Part shown: piece by piece, positions 1 through 9,519 of the stretch | Layout of the letters: each line of letters begins with the position of its first letter | Numbering within the stretch: position 1 is the stretch's first letter | Assembly (NCBI GenBank): GCA_051942205.1 | Contig: JAVECO010000107.1 | Span: forward strand, 61,295 to 81,294 | Length of the DNA: 20,000 nt | Direction: 5' to 3' | DNA from: Coniocarpon cinnabarinum | Lineage: Eukaryota | Notes under the pieces: generated by a model | Databases searched by the model: none | Told to the model about the DNA's origin: nothing | What the model saw: the letters and a program-made list of their open reading frames with translations, nothing else | Translations under genes and position numbers: made by a program

Positions 1-772
1 TCACAAGAAACCCTTTGGGGTCTGCCGCAACATCTGAGACAATGATGTGAAATGTTGGGTTTTTGAAAATCTTTTCATCGTTTGAGCCTCGTCTCGATTG
101 ACCCCGCGCCTTATTTATTAATGCCTGAACGCTAGATCTGGTGTCTCGGACACGTCTGGTGATTTGCTGCGCTTTGACAACAAAGTCCTCATCTGCTGCT
201 GCATTCTCTCGTGTCAGTGACCTCGCACCATCGAGCGTCTTTGCAAGAGTGCGGAGCATATCCTGGAGGATGCCTTCGGCTTGCAGCAAGGACTCATGAA
301 CATCAGGTCCTGGCGAAGGTAAGCCCGCTGAACCGTTATTTCTGGATCGTTTAAGCGATTGAGTAGATTGAGAATCAGGACTTCCCGGAGAGGTCAAGGT
401 CGTAGACCGCTCGGATGCCGGTGAGACAGGTTCCTCGTCAGAAAGAACGGCAGGGCTCAGCAGCTGAAAGGGATCTGGAGAAGGCATCGCCATGTCGGTC
501 CGTATTCTTTTCGGTAACAAAGGCTTTGCCAATGGGGCAGGACGATTAGATTTGCTGTACTTGCGAGGCTGTGACCTTTGCGCAGGTGACCGGGGAGAAG
601 TCCTGGGTGGCTCGAGAGATTTTGCCCACATAAACTCAGCTTGGCTCACACGCTCGGCCATGACCTTTAGGCTGTCTCGATATTTCTGGAGATCATTGAT
701 CTCTGGTGCCCAAGAGTCCGGCAGCCCATCTTGCGTGGAGGTGTCACGCACTAGAGTATCTATGTCTGACAT
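1..772 (-). CDS. Hypothetical protein, 5' portion only (runs off the left edge); Ser/Pro-rich N-terminal region followed by a helical segment
   Basis: Manual translation from ATG at 772 gives 257 uninterrupted codons to the window edge (MSDIDTLVRDTSTQDGLPDSWAPEINDLQKYRDSLKVMAERVSQAEFMWAKSLEPPRTSPRSP...IIVSDVAADPKGFLV). An in-frame TGA lies 5 codons upstream of the ATG. It is absent from the ORF track because its stop is outside the window. Family not recognised. Confidence 0.7.
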   Translation of the reverse strand, partial: MSDIDTLVRDTSTQDGLPDSWAPEINDLQKYRDSLKVMAERVSQAEFMWAKSLEPPRTSPRSPAQRSQPRKYSKSNRPAPLAKPLLPKRIRTDMAMPSPDPFQLLSPAVLSDEEPVSPASERSTTLTSPGSPDSQSTQSLKRSRNNGSAGLPSPGPDVHESLLQAEGILQDMLRTLAKTLDGARSLTRENAAADEDFVVKAQQITRRVRDTRSSVQALINKARGQSRRGSNDEKIFKNPTFHIIVSDVAADPKGFLV

Positions 773-3700
773 ACTGTCGCTCGATCAATGGAACACGCAA
801 AGGCAAGTGTCCGTTACCCCTAGGAACAGCGCTGGGGTGAAGCAGTGTGAGCGGGTATCAAAATCAGCAACCTAGGGCGCAGGCAGAGGTTTAAATCCAC
901 AATGGGTACGAAGGCGCCGACAGACAAGGCAGAGAGTTTGCCAGGCCAAATATGGTGATGGTTACGATCCATGGCCAAATCTTACCACTTACTGCAAACG
1001 AGGGTTGGGAGAGGGCGTCGTATCCTGTCCTCGGGTGCCTCGCCGTGAGACTGTGGACTAGCTTACTCGGCGAGTGATGGATGGCGATCCTACGTACTAC
1101 CCAAGGGAGCAAGCGGATCTGGACCCAACGGCAGTCTTCGGGTTGCCCACGTCGCAAAATGGGACAATAGAAGAAAAGAGTTCAGCGAGCGCTTGTCGGT
1201 GCGGCGTACCGATGATGCACAGACCGCGAAGCCGCATCACCGATACGCCCAGGAAGAGGCATCTTGGAATCCGTCCACTTTCCCGTTCAGTACATGAATG
1301 CGAGGCCTCGGAGCTGGCCTGCGTGAGATCGTACGAACATTGCTGCATGAGGTGATCCGTGTGACCTACCTCGTGGCACTTCGCCTCGCATCAAAGTAAC
1401 GGTCGCGTGTGCCAGCTGCGATCGACCATCAAAAGCTGACTACGCGGTCCGCTTCCTTCCCCAAGACAACTTTAGGGCCAGAGAAGGCAAACGACCTGGG
1501 ACGGCAAGGGGTCTAATGCCGGCACTTTGCGAGCTAGCAAGGTCGGAAGAGGATGACAGCTAGAGCCGGAAACAGTCCGTCTGAAACTGGTCCTCCTCGT
1601 CAGTCTGAAGGATTTGCGAGCGCGCCGTGCAGCCTGCGTGTAAGTTGTGTGCAGACACGGGCCTGCTGCCGCTACGATTCAGGCTACCGGTGATGCTGTC
1701 GACGTGCATGCGCGCGCCCTCGGCTCTTTTGCATCCACAAGCTACGCTTCGTATCCGGAGCTTGGTTCCGTCAGACGCCGGTCAAGGCCCATTGGACACA
1801 ATCCGAGCATTCTCTTCTTTGGGAGATTATCGCACTTCTGTGTCCCCCACATTTGAGCCAACGCGCGATCATCCTGTACTGGTCGCTTGGCTCCAAGGTC
1901 TGGCACACGTGAACCAAGTCGACCTTGCAAGCTCAGTCAAAACCTCCGAAGCTTTAACCACCGTTGACACCCACTTTGAGCAGCGACTGTTGGTTGCCAT
2001 GGCTAAAGCGACCCAGGGTCGCTTGAGTTTGGCGCACTCCACCACATCTGGTGATTGCTTCTCCAGTGATTTAGTGATTGAGGTCGCGCAGATTTCGAGT
2101 CATTCGTCCCTCAAAAAAGTGTGCACATATCGTCAAGTATGTACCGCAGATCGACGGCCGTGGAATCTCATTGCCGTGATCTTCCTCCAAGATAAGTACT
2201 TGCCGGACCAAAATTAAGCATCTCGAAAGGCGCAAAAGGGCTTTCGCTTGTGATCCAAATTACCCTGATCGCATAAGCTCGCCGCCTAGACCGAGATGCG
2301 GCAACGGCATTTATCCACGATCGTTGCTGCGCGTCGAAGCTCTACATCCTTTGGCGCGTTCACGCATAATCAGTTGTGTGGGTTGAGCTCTCAGCGCGCT
2401 GCACACACGATACATGCTTGGCAAGGTGCATGGTCGCAGAGGTTCTCGGATAACAATCACACAATGAAATTAGCGCTGTTATCTGAGACAAGTTGTAACA
2501 AAGTGTGAAGCTTGTCATCTTCAACGATCGGCTCGTCTTTCCCACACTGCTAATCTTTTTCAGACATGCGACAGTATGCGCACGCGTCAGCAGTAATAAG
2601 TGTGCCACCTTGTTCTTGTTATGGAGACTAAAACACGGGATAAGGTCAGCGTGACAAGCTTTGTGACAGGCTGTCAGCATACCACAAGCAATATCATCAG
2701 CGCGCATCCTGTTATATCTGAATACCGTCGCCTAGAGACCAGGCAGAAGGCATCTTCCGAGATCAGCTCTATTTACTGTCTCTTCGGTCCCAACACAGGC
2801 TCGTCCGAGAACTCCTCGTACATGCCACTGAGCATGTGTAAATTGGGTGATGACTCAATTTAATTTTTGGGCTCATTATCGTTGTCACTTGCACTCTGTG
2901 CTTGATACTGCAAGCGCTAATAAAGAGTGGACCAAGAACATCACCGACACGAGTAACACAACGCTCACACTCGCCAGAGCTCACATAACCACCGTTTTCC
3001 TAAGCCAGGTTAACGTGGAAAAGCAACAAGACTTGCCGAACGTGCAAGGCTAAGTATACTAGCCCAAGGAAAGGCCCGCGATTGGCCCCCGACTGTATGG
3101 ATTGGATTTCCCGAGCACCAGTCAGCCCTGCTCGCTTCTCAACCTTGCGTTGTGGCATCCTGCCACATCTCGAGGACCAAGGAACACTCTTCTGACTGGT
3201 AGTGGTGGTAGGGGAGTAAGCAGAGGCTCGTCTTCTTCTGTCACGATACTCTTCCCCAATTACCGTACGAGCGATCACCTTAATGTCTTGGATGCGCTCC
3301 ACACTGACATTTCTCCTACGAAACGCTTCAGACGTCATCATCCATCACATGCCGTCGCAGGCAATGGTATCCCACTGAAGATCACAGTACAGATGGAAGT
3401 TGCTGCAGAGCTGTACCTTGCTGATCAAACCCATTTGCCCTCTTAAGAGAATGCTTTTTTCCAGGCTTCAGCGTGTGACTTGTCAGCTAACTCCATGGTC
3501 TCCGAGCGCGCCGACGCATGCAAGGCAAGCCCTTAATCACCGCGGCTCTTCACCGGACACCGTATACTCTTTCGAGCTGCCAGCGATGCATGTGTGATAT
3601 TTCTATGCTGAACTGACAATGCGCCGTACCCCGCACGCAATTGAGGGTCACGCGTATTGACTGCTGCTTCGACCTACCTGTGGGATCTAGAAGGTGTCCG

Positions 3701-5525
3701 CGCCGGTAGTCAAATGCGACTGCTGCCCTTGCCTGGCGCTCTCGCTCTTGCGACAAGGCGTTTGCTGCGCTTCAAAGTCTGGCAAAGCCAGCAAGCCGCG
3801 TCATTGAGGTGAGTCACTGCCTAGCTTCCTGCTCAACACCACGTTACCTGAAGAAATGTCGGGCTTCGCAACGAACCTGCGCCACGCAGACATCAAGACA
3901 CAATTCTTGCTGCACTGATGTACATTCAGCTTAGGCTGATATGTAATCAATTGGTCTGTGCCCATACATTACTGGATTGCATCTCAAAATACGCAAAGTG
4001 TCAACACCTGCGCCCTGATAACTTTAGGCCAAGCGACAAGGTCTGTGGACACCAAAATTTCTGGCATACGTTCGTAGGGAGCGCTTTGCATTTCTGCAGC
4101 GCCGGTATGCGAGCAATGTCCGGAAAGGAAATCGAGACATTGGGTTGCTGTCACCACTTCTGCCTCGAGTGGCACACCGTTCGCATGCAGATTGATATGC
4201 CTCATCAAACGTCCGTGGACATCCTCCATGGTGTGAGCAGCCCGAGGACGTTTCAAGGGCATCCATCTGTCGACTTACTGTTGCGTCCAGATTCGCGGTC
4301 GTTCCACTTTACAGCTCAGTCCGTTAACGAGCGTCAAAGCAATCCGGCGATCCTTCATTTTCATGTGGTGCAAGCGCCTTCCATGAGCGTCCAGCCCCTG
4401 ATCGCCGCGGCTTCCGGACCCACTCAAGTCAAGTCGGCTGCGAGACTGCGCTGCAAAGACCAAGGCGCACTTCAAAGGCACTCTTCGCAGGCACTGCAGT
4501 GATTGAGCCTCAGTGGTCACATTCCTGCTCCATGGCCCTCGGAGCTGGCAAGCCCCTCACAGCCCGCATTCCTAATCCCGCAGGAGATTCCCTCCCCTCT
4601 CCTACTGCGTGTTGACTATATATTTTATTCATTTCGCACGCTGGCTGCTTCGCCCCTCCTTCCTCCTCCTTCGGTCTGTTCTGATGCTCACAGATCAGCC
4701 CCGTTTGCAAGCAAGTAGACGAGGTCAAGGCACTTGATCCTCGTGACATCGTCCCGTCAAAATTCCTGTCGGATCCTTCGGATCCTGCAAAGGAGGCGAC
4801 AGCTGTTCACAGAGGGCAAACTGCGACAGGATCCGCTTCTATTTCCGACGCGCTGGATCCTTGATGAAGCGCGAGCTATGCTGGTATTGTTCATCGATCA
4901 CAGGATGCTGGACTCGCGTGTATTCCTGTGAAAGGCGGGTATCGTGACTGTCGCCCCCGCGCAGATCTGAAAAATATCGCAAGTGTTTTGCCAGACCGCG
5001 TGAGTAGGTACAGGAAACGGTGTCCTTCCTTTGTCGGGTGGCGCGATATGCATCATGGGTTCAATGCGGTTGTCTCAACGCTTCTGCTGATACTTGACGT
5101 CGACTGACTTGGACCTGATTGTTCGCTAGACTCTGGTAAGGGTCTCGTCGGAACGATTTTACCAGATTACAACTGGGCATCTTTAACACTACAGCGGGCT
5201 TTCGCAATCATCGCTAAAGCTGGGTGGTCTACCTTTTCCTAATCGTAGACCCGCTGTCTAAAATAAGATAGGGCAACGACTGTTCTTCATAAACAGGTCG
5301 CGCCTTATAGATACGTCCAGGCGCGAGGGAAAAGTTCACACCAATTCAGCATGGACTCTACTCAAAGCCCAGTCCTTTGATCACGTCTATTTTGGGACGA
5401 GTGGTTGTATCGCATCTTCGATCTAATCCCCCGCCTCATTGTCGCCCTTCCGAAACACGGAGCAGATTCTGCGAGAACGCTGAAGCTCAGCGAGAGTCTG
5501 GACCGGAATAGACATCGTGTGGACC

Positions 5526-6196
5526 TCATTCATCTTCTTCCACGCCACTTGAGCAGCTCTTGTCCTTCTTCTGCAAGTTATAAAGGTGCTTTTCAAGAAA
5601 CCGCATCCTCGATACATGACTACAAGACGGTCAGTCTTGCCTACCGTGGTGGGTGCCATTGTAGGTACTGTACACACAATCTGTGCTTTGCTTGAGCATC
5701 CTGTAGATGGAATACTCGATCGCTCGCGTCGGGAGCTGTGTCGTTCTTGCCGCCAGCATTTAGCTGCGTAAACCATTCAAACCACCCTTTCCTGCAGGTG
5801 TCGTGGAACTTGTGCTTCTCCTCAGCCTCTTCCTCGGTCAACCCTGTCACTAATTCCTCCTCTTCTGCATCATGCTGGTGGTGCTGCGCGAGAATAGCTT
5901 CTCGTCGTTGTCGCTCCAGGTCCCACAGAGCGGGCCATTCTAACTCTTCAGGCTTAAGCTTCAAGGACTCCGCTACCTCGCGTCGCCGCTTCTTTTGCCG
6001 TTCTTCGAGCTCTAGAATCTGCAGTGTCACACATGAGTGAGATGAATGGAAAGCCTCACGTACAGTGCGTAGCATGCTGGAGGTGTGAAGAGCATACCGT
6101 CTTTACAGAGTCATGTTCGGGGCTGTCTAGATGTCTTTGATACCATTTGCTGACGACGGAAATCTCGCAGGTCTCGCATGTTTTTAATTGGGGCAT
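5526..6196 (-). CDS. Small (~177 aa) hypothetical protein with an N-terminal U1/matrin-like C2H2 zinc finger and a charged helical region
   Basis: Exons 6196-6098, 6018-5678 and 5619-5526. Intron 1 is 6097-6019 (GTATGC...CTGCAG, 79 nt). Intron 2 is 5677-5620 (GTGTGT...ACTGAC...TTGTAG, 58 nt). Spliced protein: MPQLKTCETCEISVVSKWYQRHLDSPEHDSVKT|ILELEERQKKRRREVAESLK...AQAKHRF|HVSRMRFLEKHLYNLQKKDKSCSSGVEEDE*. It has a C-x2-C-x11-H-x5-H motif. The start codon and last exon are less certain than exon 2. Confidence 0.7.
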
Positions 6197-7573
6197 TTCA
6201 GCATGGTCCTGACCGGGAGCAAAGATACTGCTCTTGACTCTGCGAACGTCCTACAAACCCCTTGCTGGGCCAAGAAAGCACAAGCAGGGGACTGAGAGGG
6301 TCAAGGATAGTTCCAAAGATCAAGGAAAATGAGAATGAAGCAACAGACAATGAACGCAAAAGTCAGTTTCGATTCTGGGAATAATATGAGGAGTAGGCGT
6401 GCTGGTACAGCGTCATGAGGGTTCTGGCGCAGATACAAGCATTCTATTCCACATGGATGCGCCAGTTTCCGCGGTCTAGCTCTTTCTGAGAGGAACTCAA
6501 TGATGGAAGCTGTACACAAAACAAAACACGTCGATGGATTCGGGCGTAGTGCGAGGATGAAACGCATCCTACTCCTACATCAACAACGTGGCGTCCGGGA
6601 GCACTGCGTCATGGCTCGATGAACTATGTCACCGTGGACAATGATGAAATGAGTCTGCTTCCAGAAGTAAGGTATCTCTTGTGCCCCATCGTTGTCGGAC
6701 CTTATCTTGCCGCAGCTCAAGCATTTATCGCCTTCTTGCGACACTCGTCAAGGTTGGATAATGATCTCGGAGCATGGTTCCATACAGAGCTGCTCGCCTT
6801 CTGCAGGTTGTCACTAAGCAATGTCACCTCTAATACACTTGGCATTATTCTCCTCGTCAGCCCGTTGCTAGCTCCGAACCCTTCACCATCAAGTTTAATA
6901 CAGCAAGAAGACTAATTCAGAAGAATCTGCAGTCAGTGCTATATGACTCCTAGGCCTTAGCTCTATTTATTTCGCGTTAACGACGCATGATATGTTAGAG
7001 GGCAATATAGCGACTCACTTCAAAGTGTTCTGAGCTGTGCTTGTCTCGATATAGAACTATGTTACCACTTGACCAAAAAGCCGACGAACGACTGCAATGT
7101 CATAATCATCTTTTCCTGATCGTCCGATATGCTGAAGCGCTCCATGTATACTATATAATGGCTTGACAGCCTAGGAAAGAGCACTTGGCTAACAGCAGAC
7201 ATGCCCAGCACAGAGAGAGAGAAGGGCGTATATTCTTCCATAGTTCGTTGCAGCTTCAATGAAATTACGAAGCTTGCCGAATACTACCTAACATAGCATC
7301 ATTCACGTGACATTCCGCGCCATGCTTCTTTCGTTGAGCCGTGCTGTTTTGCCCCTGCCACGACACACCTTCCCAGCAGAAACGCACACCCAGAGTGCAG
7401 ACACATCTCTCCCTGTTCGGGCACGTCGATCCATTACATCGAGCTGCGGCTCCGCCTGAAGAGCGCAAACCTCTTACAACGGCGCTGCGTCGCCACCGCG
7501 ACGTCGCGCGCGGCGCGCAATGGCCGCGACTTCTATGTCTCTGGAGCCTAACGGCGCGAGCTTGCAGTCATCC

Positions 7574-8772
7574 ATGGAGCCCCCACAACACGCGGTGTAC
7601 TCGGTAAGACACGCAGTCACACAATAATCATTAGGCGCCTGAGACTGACTAGAGACTTCACAGTCCCTCGATGAGCTGATCGCTCAAAGCAACACACACG
7701 CGCTCACTCACGGATACAAGCTCGTCGTGGTGCGGTCCAAGACGAATGCAGCCGGCATGAAGACGTGGGTGCAGCTTGCCTGCGACCGGCATGGCACAAA
7801 GCGCAACACCCACAACTTGACAACAGAGACGCGCAAAAAGAACCGGCGGAGCAGGAGATGTGAATGTCCAATGTACTGCGTTGCCAGCAAGCAAGGTCAG
7901 GGTCTCTGGGAGTTGACTGTCCGTCACGGAGAACACAACCACCCACCATACGAAGCCACTCCAAAGAAGAAGAAAAGTAAGATGCTCAGGATGGAAAACC
8001 TGACAGCCCAATTTGCATACATGTACACAACTCTTGCTGACGAAAATTAGGCGACCAACCCGCGCGCCACAGCAGTGAACTCATCAACTTACCGCTCTTG
8101 CAAACACCTTCACATTGCATTGCTGACTTCTGTCTCGTGCCAATTGGTACTGGGAGTGCATCCGTCTCCGCCGAAATTGCCGAAGTGCAGAGGATCCTCA
8201 AGCGCAGCGGCCTTCACTATGAGATGTCCTCGGCAGGCACCGTAGTCGAAGGCACTTGGGACGACGTCATGAAAATCATTGGCCAGGCACATTCATATCT
8301 ACATGGAAGCGGCGTTGTACGCATCCAAACGGATATTAGAGTCGGCTCCAGAATAGACAAAAAGCAGACGCCTCAAGATAAAATCAACGCTGTCAATGCA
8401 CATCTCAATCACGAGGCACCCCAACAACAGCCGCAGAACCAGCAGCATCAACCACACGAGCCTCCGCATCCGCCACCTCCGCCGCCGCCATCCTCACATC
8501 ATTCACATCAGCAGCAGCAGCCGCAGCATGATGTGATGGCGCCGCCAGAGATATCACACGAGCCACCACGAGCCATGCGCCAGTCACTGCCTACCAACAT
8601 GGACTCGGTCATCGCGCCGGATTTGCAGCATGTCATGGGCCCGCCTCCACCACATATGCAAATGCCGCCGTTCCATCCACATCCAATGGGCCCGCCCATG
8701 AATCCTCCGAGACTCCCTTCGACTTCTTTGCCAAGTTACAGCAACGTGAATGGCCTTCAACACAAAGGCTGA
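7574..8772 (+). CDS. ECM15: Fusion protein (~354 aa): FAR1/AFT-type (MULE-derived, WRKY-GCM1 fold) DNA-binding domain + Ecm15/UPF0045 thiamine-binding-family domain + Q/P/H-rich tail
   Basis: Exons 7574-7603, 7664-7976 and 8051-8772. Intron 1 is 7604-7663 (GTAAGA...ACTGAC...CACAG, 60 nt, phase 0). Intron 2 is 7977-8050 (GTAAGA...GCTGAC...ATTAG, 74 nt, phase 1). Both splices keep the frame (1065 nt in total). The N-terminus MEPPQHAVYSSLDELIAQSNTHALTHGYKLVVVRSK...LACDRHG...RSRRCECPM...WELTVRHGEHNH is a FAR1-like pattern. The middle CIADFCLVPIGTGSASVSAEIAEVQRILKRSGL...SAGTVVEGTWDDVMKIIGQAH...GVVRIQTDIRVGSRIDKKQT is typical Ecm15. The gene symbol refers to the Ecm15 domain only. Confidence 0.88.
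7580..7942 (+). other. FAR1/AFT-like zinc-binding DNA-binding domain of Mutator-transposase type (C-x27-C-x22-H-x-H), part of the 7574-8772 gene
   Basis: The motif order PP..YSSLDE / A..HGY.L...RS / L.CDR.G / S.R.ECP / W.L.V...EHNH matches the N-terminal domain of fungal MULE transposases and FAR1/Aft-type factors. Basic NLS-like runs RKKNRRSRR and PKKKK are present. No DDE transposase domain or terminal inverted repeats were seen nearby. Confidence 0.8.
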
Positions 8773-9519
8773 TGGCAGACATACCAGAACCAAAGGTCGA
8801 GCAGTTTGCTTTTGATGAGCATTTTTGTGAGCGGAGACAACTATAGCAAGGCGTTGATCGGACTCTGCATGGCAAATGGGCATTCAGCATCAGTGAATTG
8901 TTAGTGAGTTCATGTTTTGAGGAGCTGTATAAGAAGTTTAGTGAGAAGGTCCGACATGCTGTGCCATTTATCGGCTTTAGTATAATTTAGAACATGAATG
9001 TCATGCAGATTATTATGCACGGCGCATACTGCAAAATGTATTGTTCTCGGTCGCGACGTTCAGAAGACGCAAGCCGGACGATTTTAAGATGATTTGCATG
9101 TGAAATGGTCCAAGCTTTGACTGGGATCGGCTCCTGGATAAAACTTTGTTGACCAACACTCAGTCTCTCGCCGAAGCCTTCCAAGGGAATTATCTTGACC
9201 TTCTCCGAAGCTGTCATCGAGTCGATATGAATGCAGTTGTATCTCTCAGTGGCTGTCCGCATACTACTGCCACCAGAAATATCAGACCTACACCGTAGCG
9301 ATGACAACTGTGACACGCGACATTCAGAACATCCCGTGATCCTTAGAAGAAGCTCAAGCCCCAGCATAACGATCTACAGTTCTCCAAAAGCGAATAATTG
9401 TATTCTCCGCAGCTAGTACACTTCAAAGCAGCTACATCTAGTGTCATATTAGGCCCTTTTACAAACTCCGACGCCCCGGTCGTCCTTCACTCGACGTGTT
9501 CCAAGCTCCTGACATCACG

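Noticed and set aside
492..875. 127-aa plus-strand ORF
   Set aside because: Antisense shadow of the longer minus-strand gene starting at 772.
1627..2217. 196-aa plus-strand ORF
   Set aside because: GTG start, no recognisable motifs and no convincing splice structure.
7385..7392. Aft1-type YRCACCCR site (CACACCCA) upstream of the fusion gene
   Set aside because: A single degenerate 8-mer is expected by chance, and there is no evidence of function.
6301..7468. Several 65-98 aa ORFs between the divergent genes
   Set aside because: No recognisable domains or consistent exon chain. Treated as intergenic/promoter DNA.
7604..8050. TPP riboswitch in the introns of the Ecm15-fusion gene (CTGAGA in intron 1, AACCTGA in intron 2)
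   Set aside because: The conserved CTTGATCTGGATAATACCAGCG-type 3' half is absent, and the introns (60 and 74 nt) are too short for an aptamer.
8048..8100. Stop-codon readthrough or frameshift linking ORFs 7727-8050 and 8098-8772
   Set aside because: The two ORFs are in different frames, and a standard GT-AG intron with a branch point explains the join.
8098..8772. Stand-alone ECM15 gene starting at 8098, as in the ORF track
   Set aside because: 8098 is TTG and no ATG precedes the domain in this exon. A canonical intron links it in frame to upstream exons.
7300..8900. Active Mutator/MULE transposon around the FAR1 domain
   Set aside because: No DDE catalytic domain, terminal inverted repeats or target-site duplication were seen. 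The domain is embedded in a spliced host-type gene.
8987..9367. 126-aa minus-strand ORF between the fusion gene and MDM34
   Set aside because: No recognisable family. It overlaps the expected MDM34 promoter and is probably spurious.
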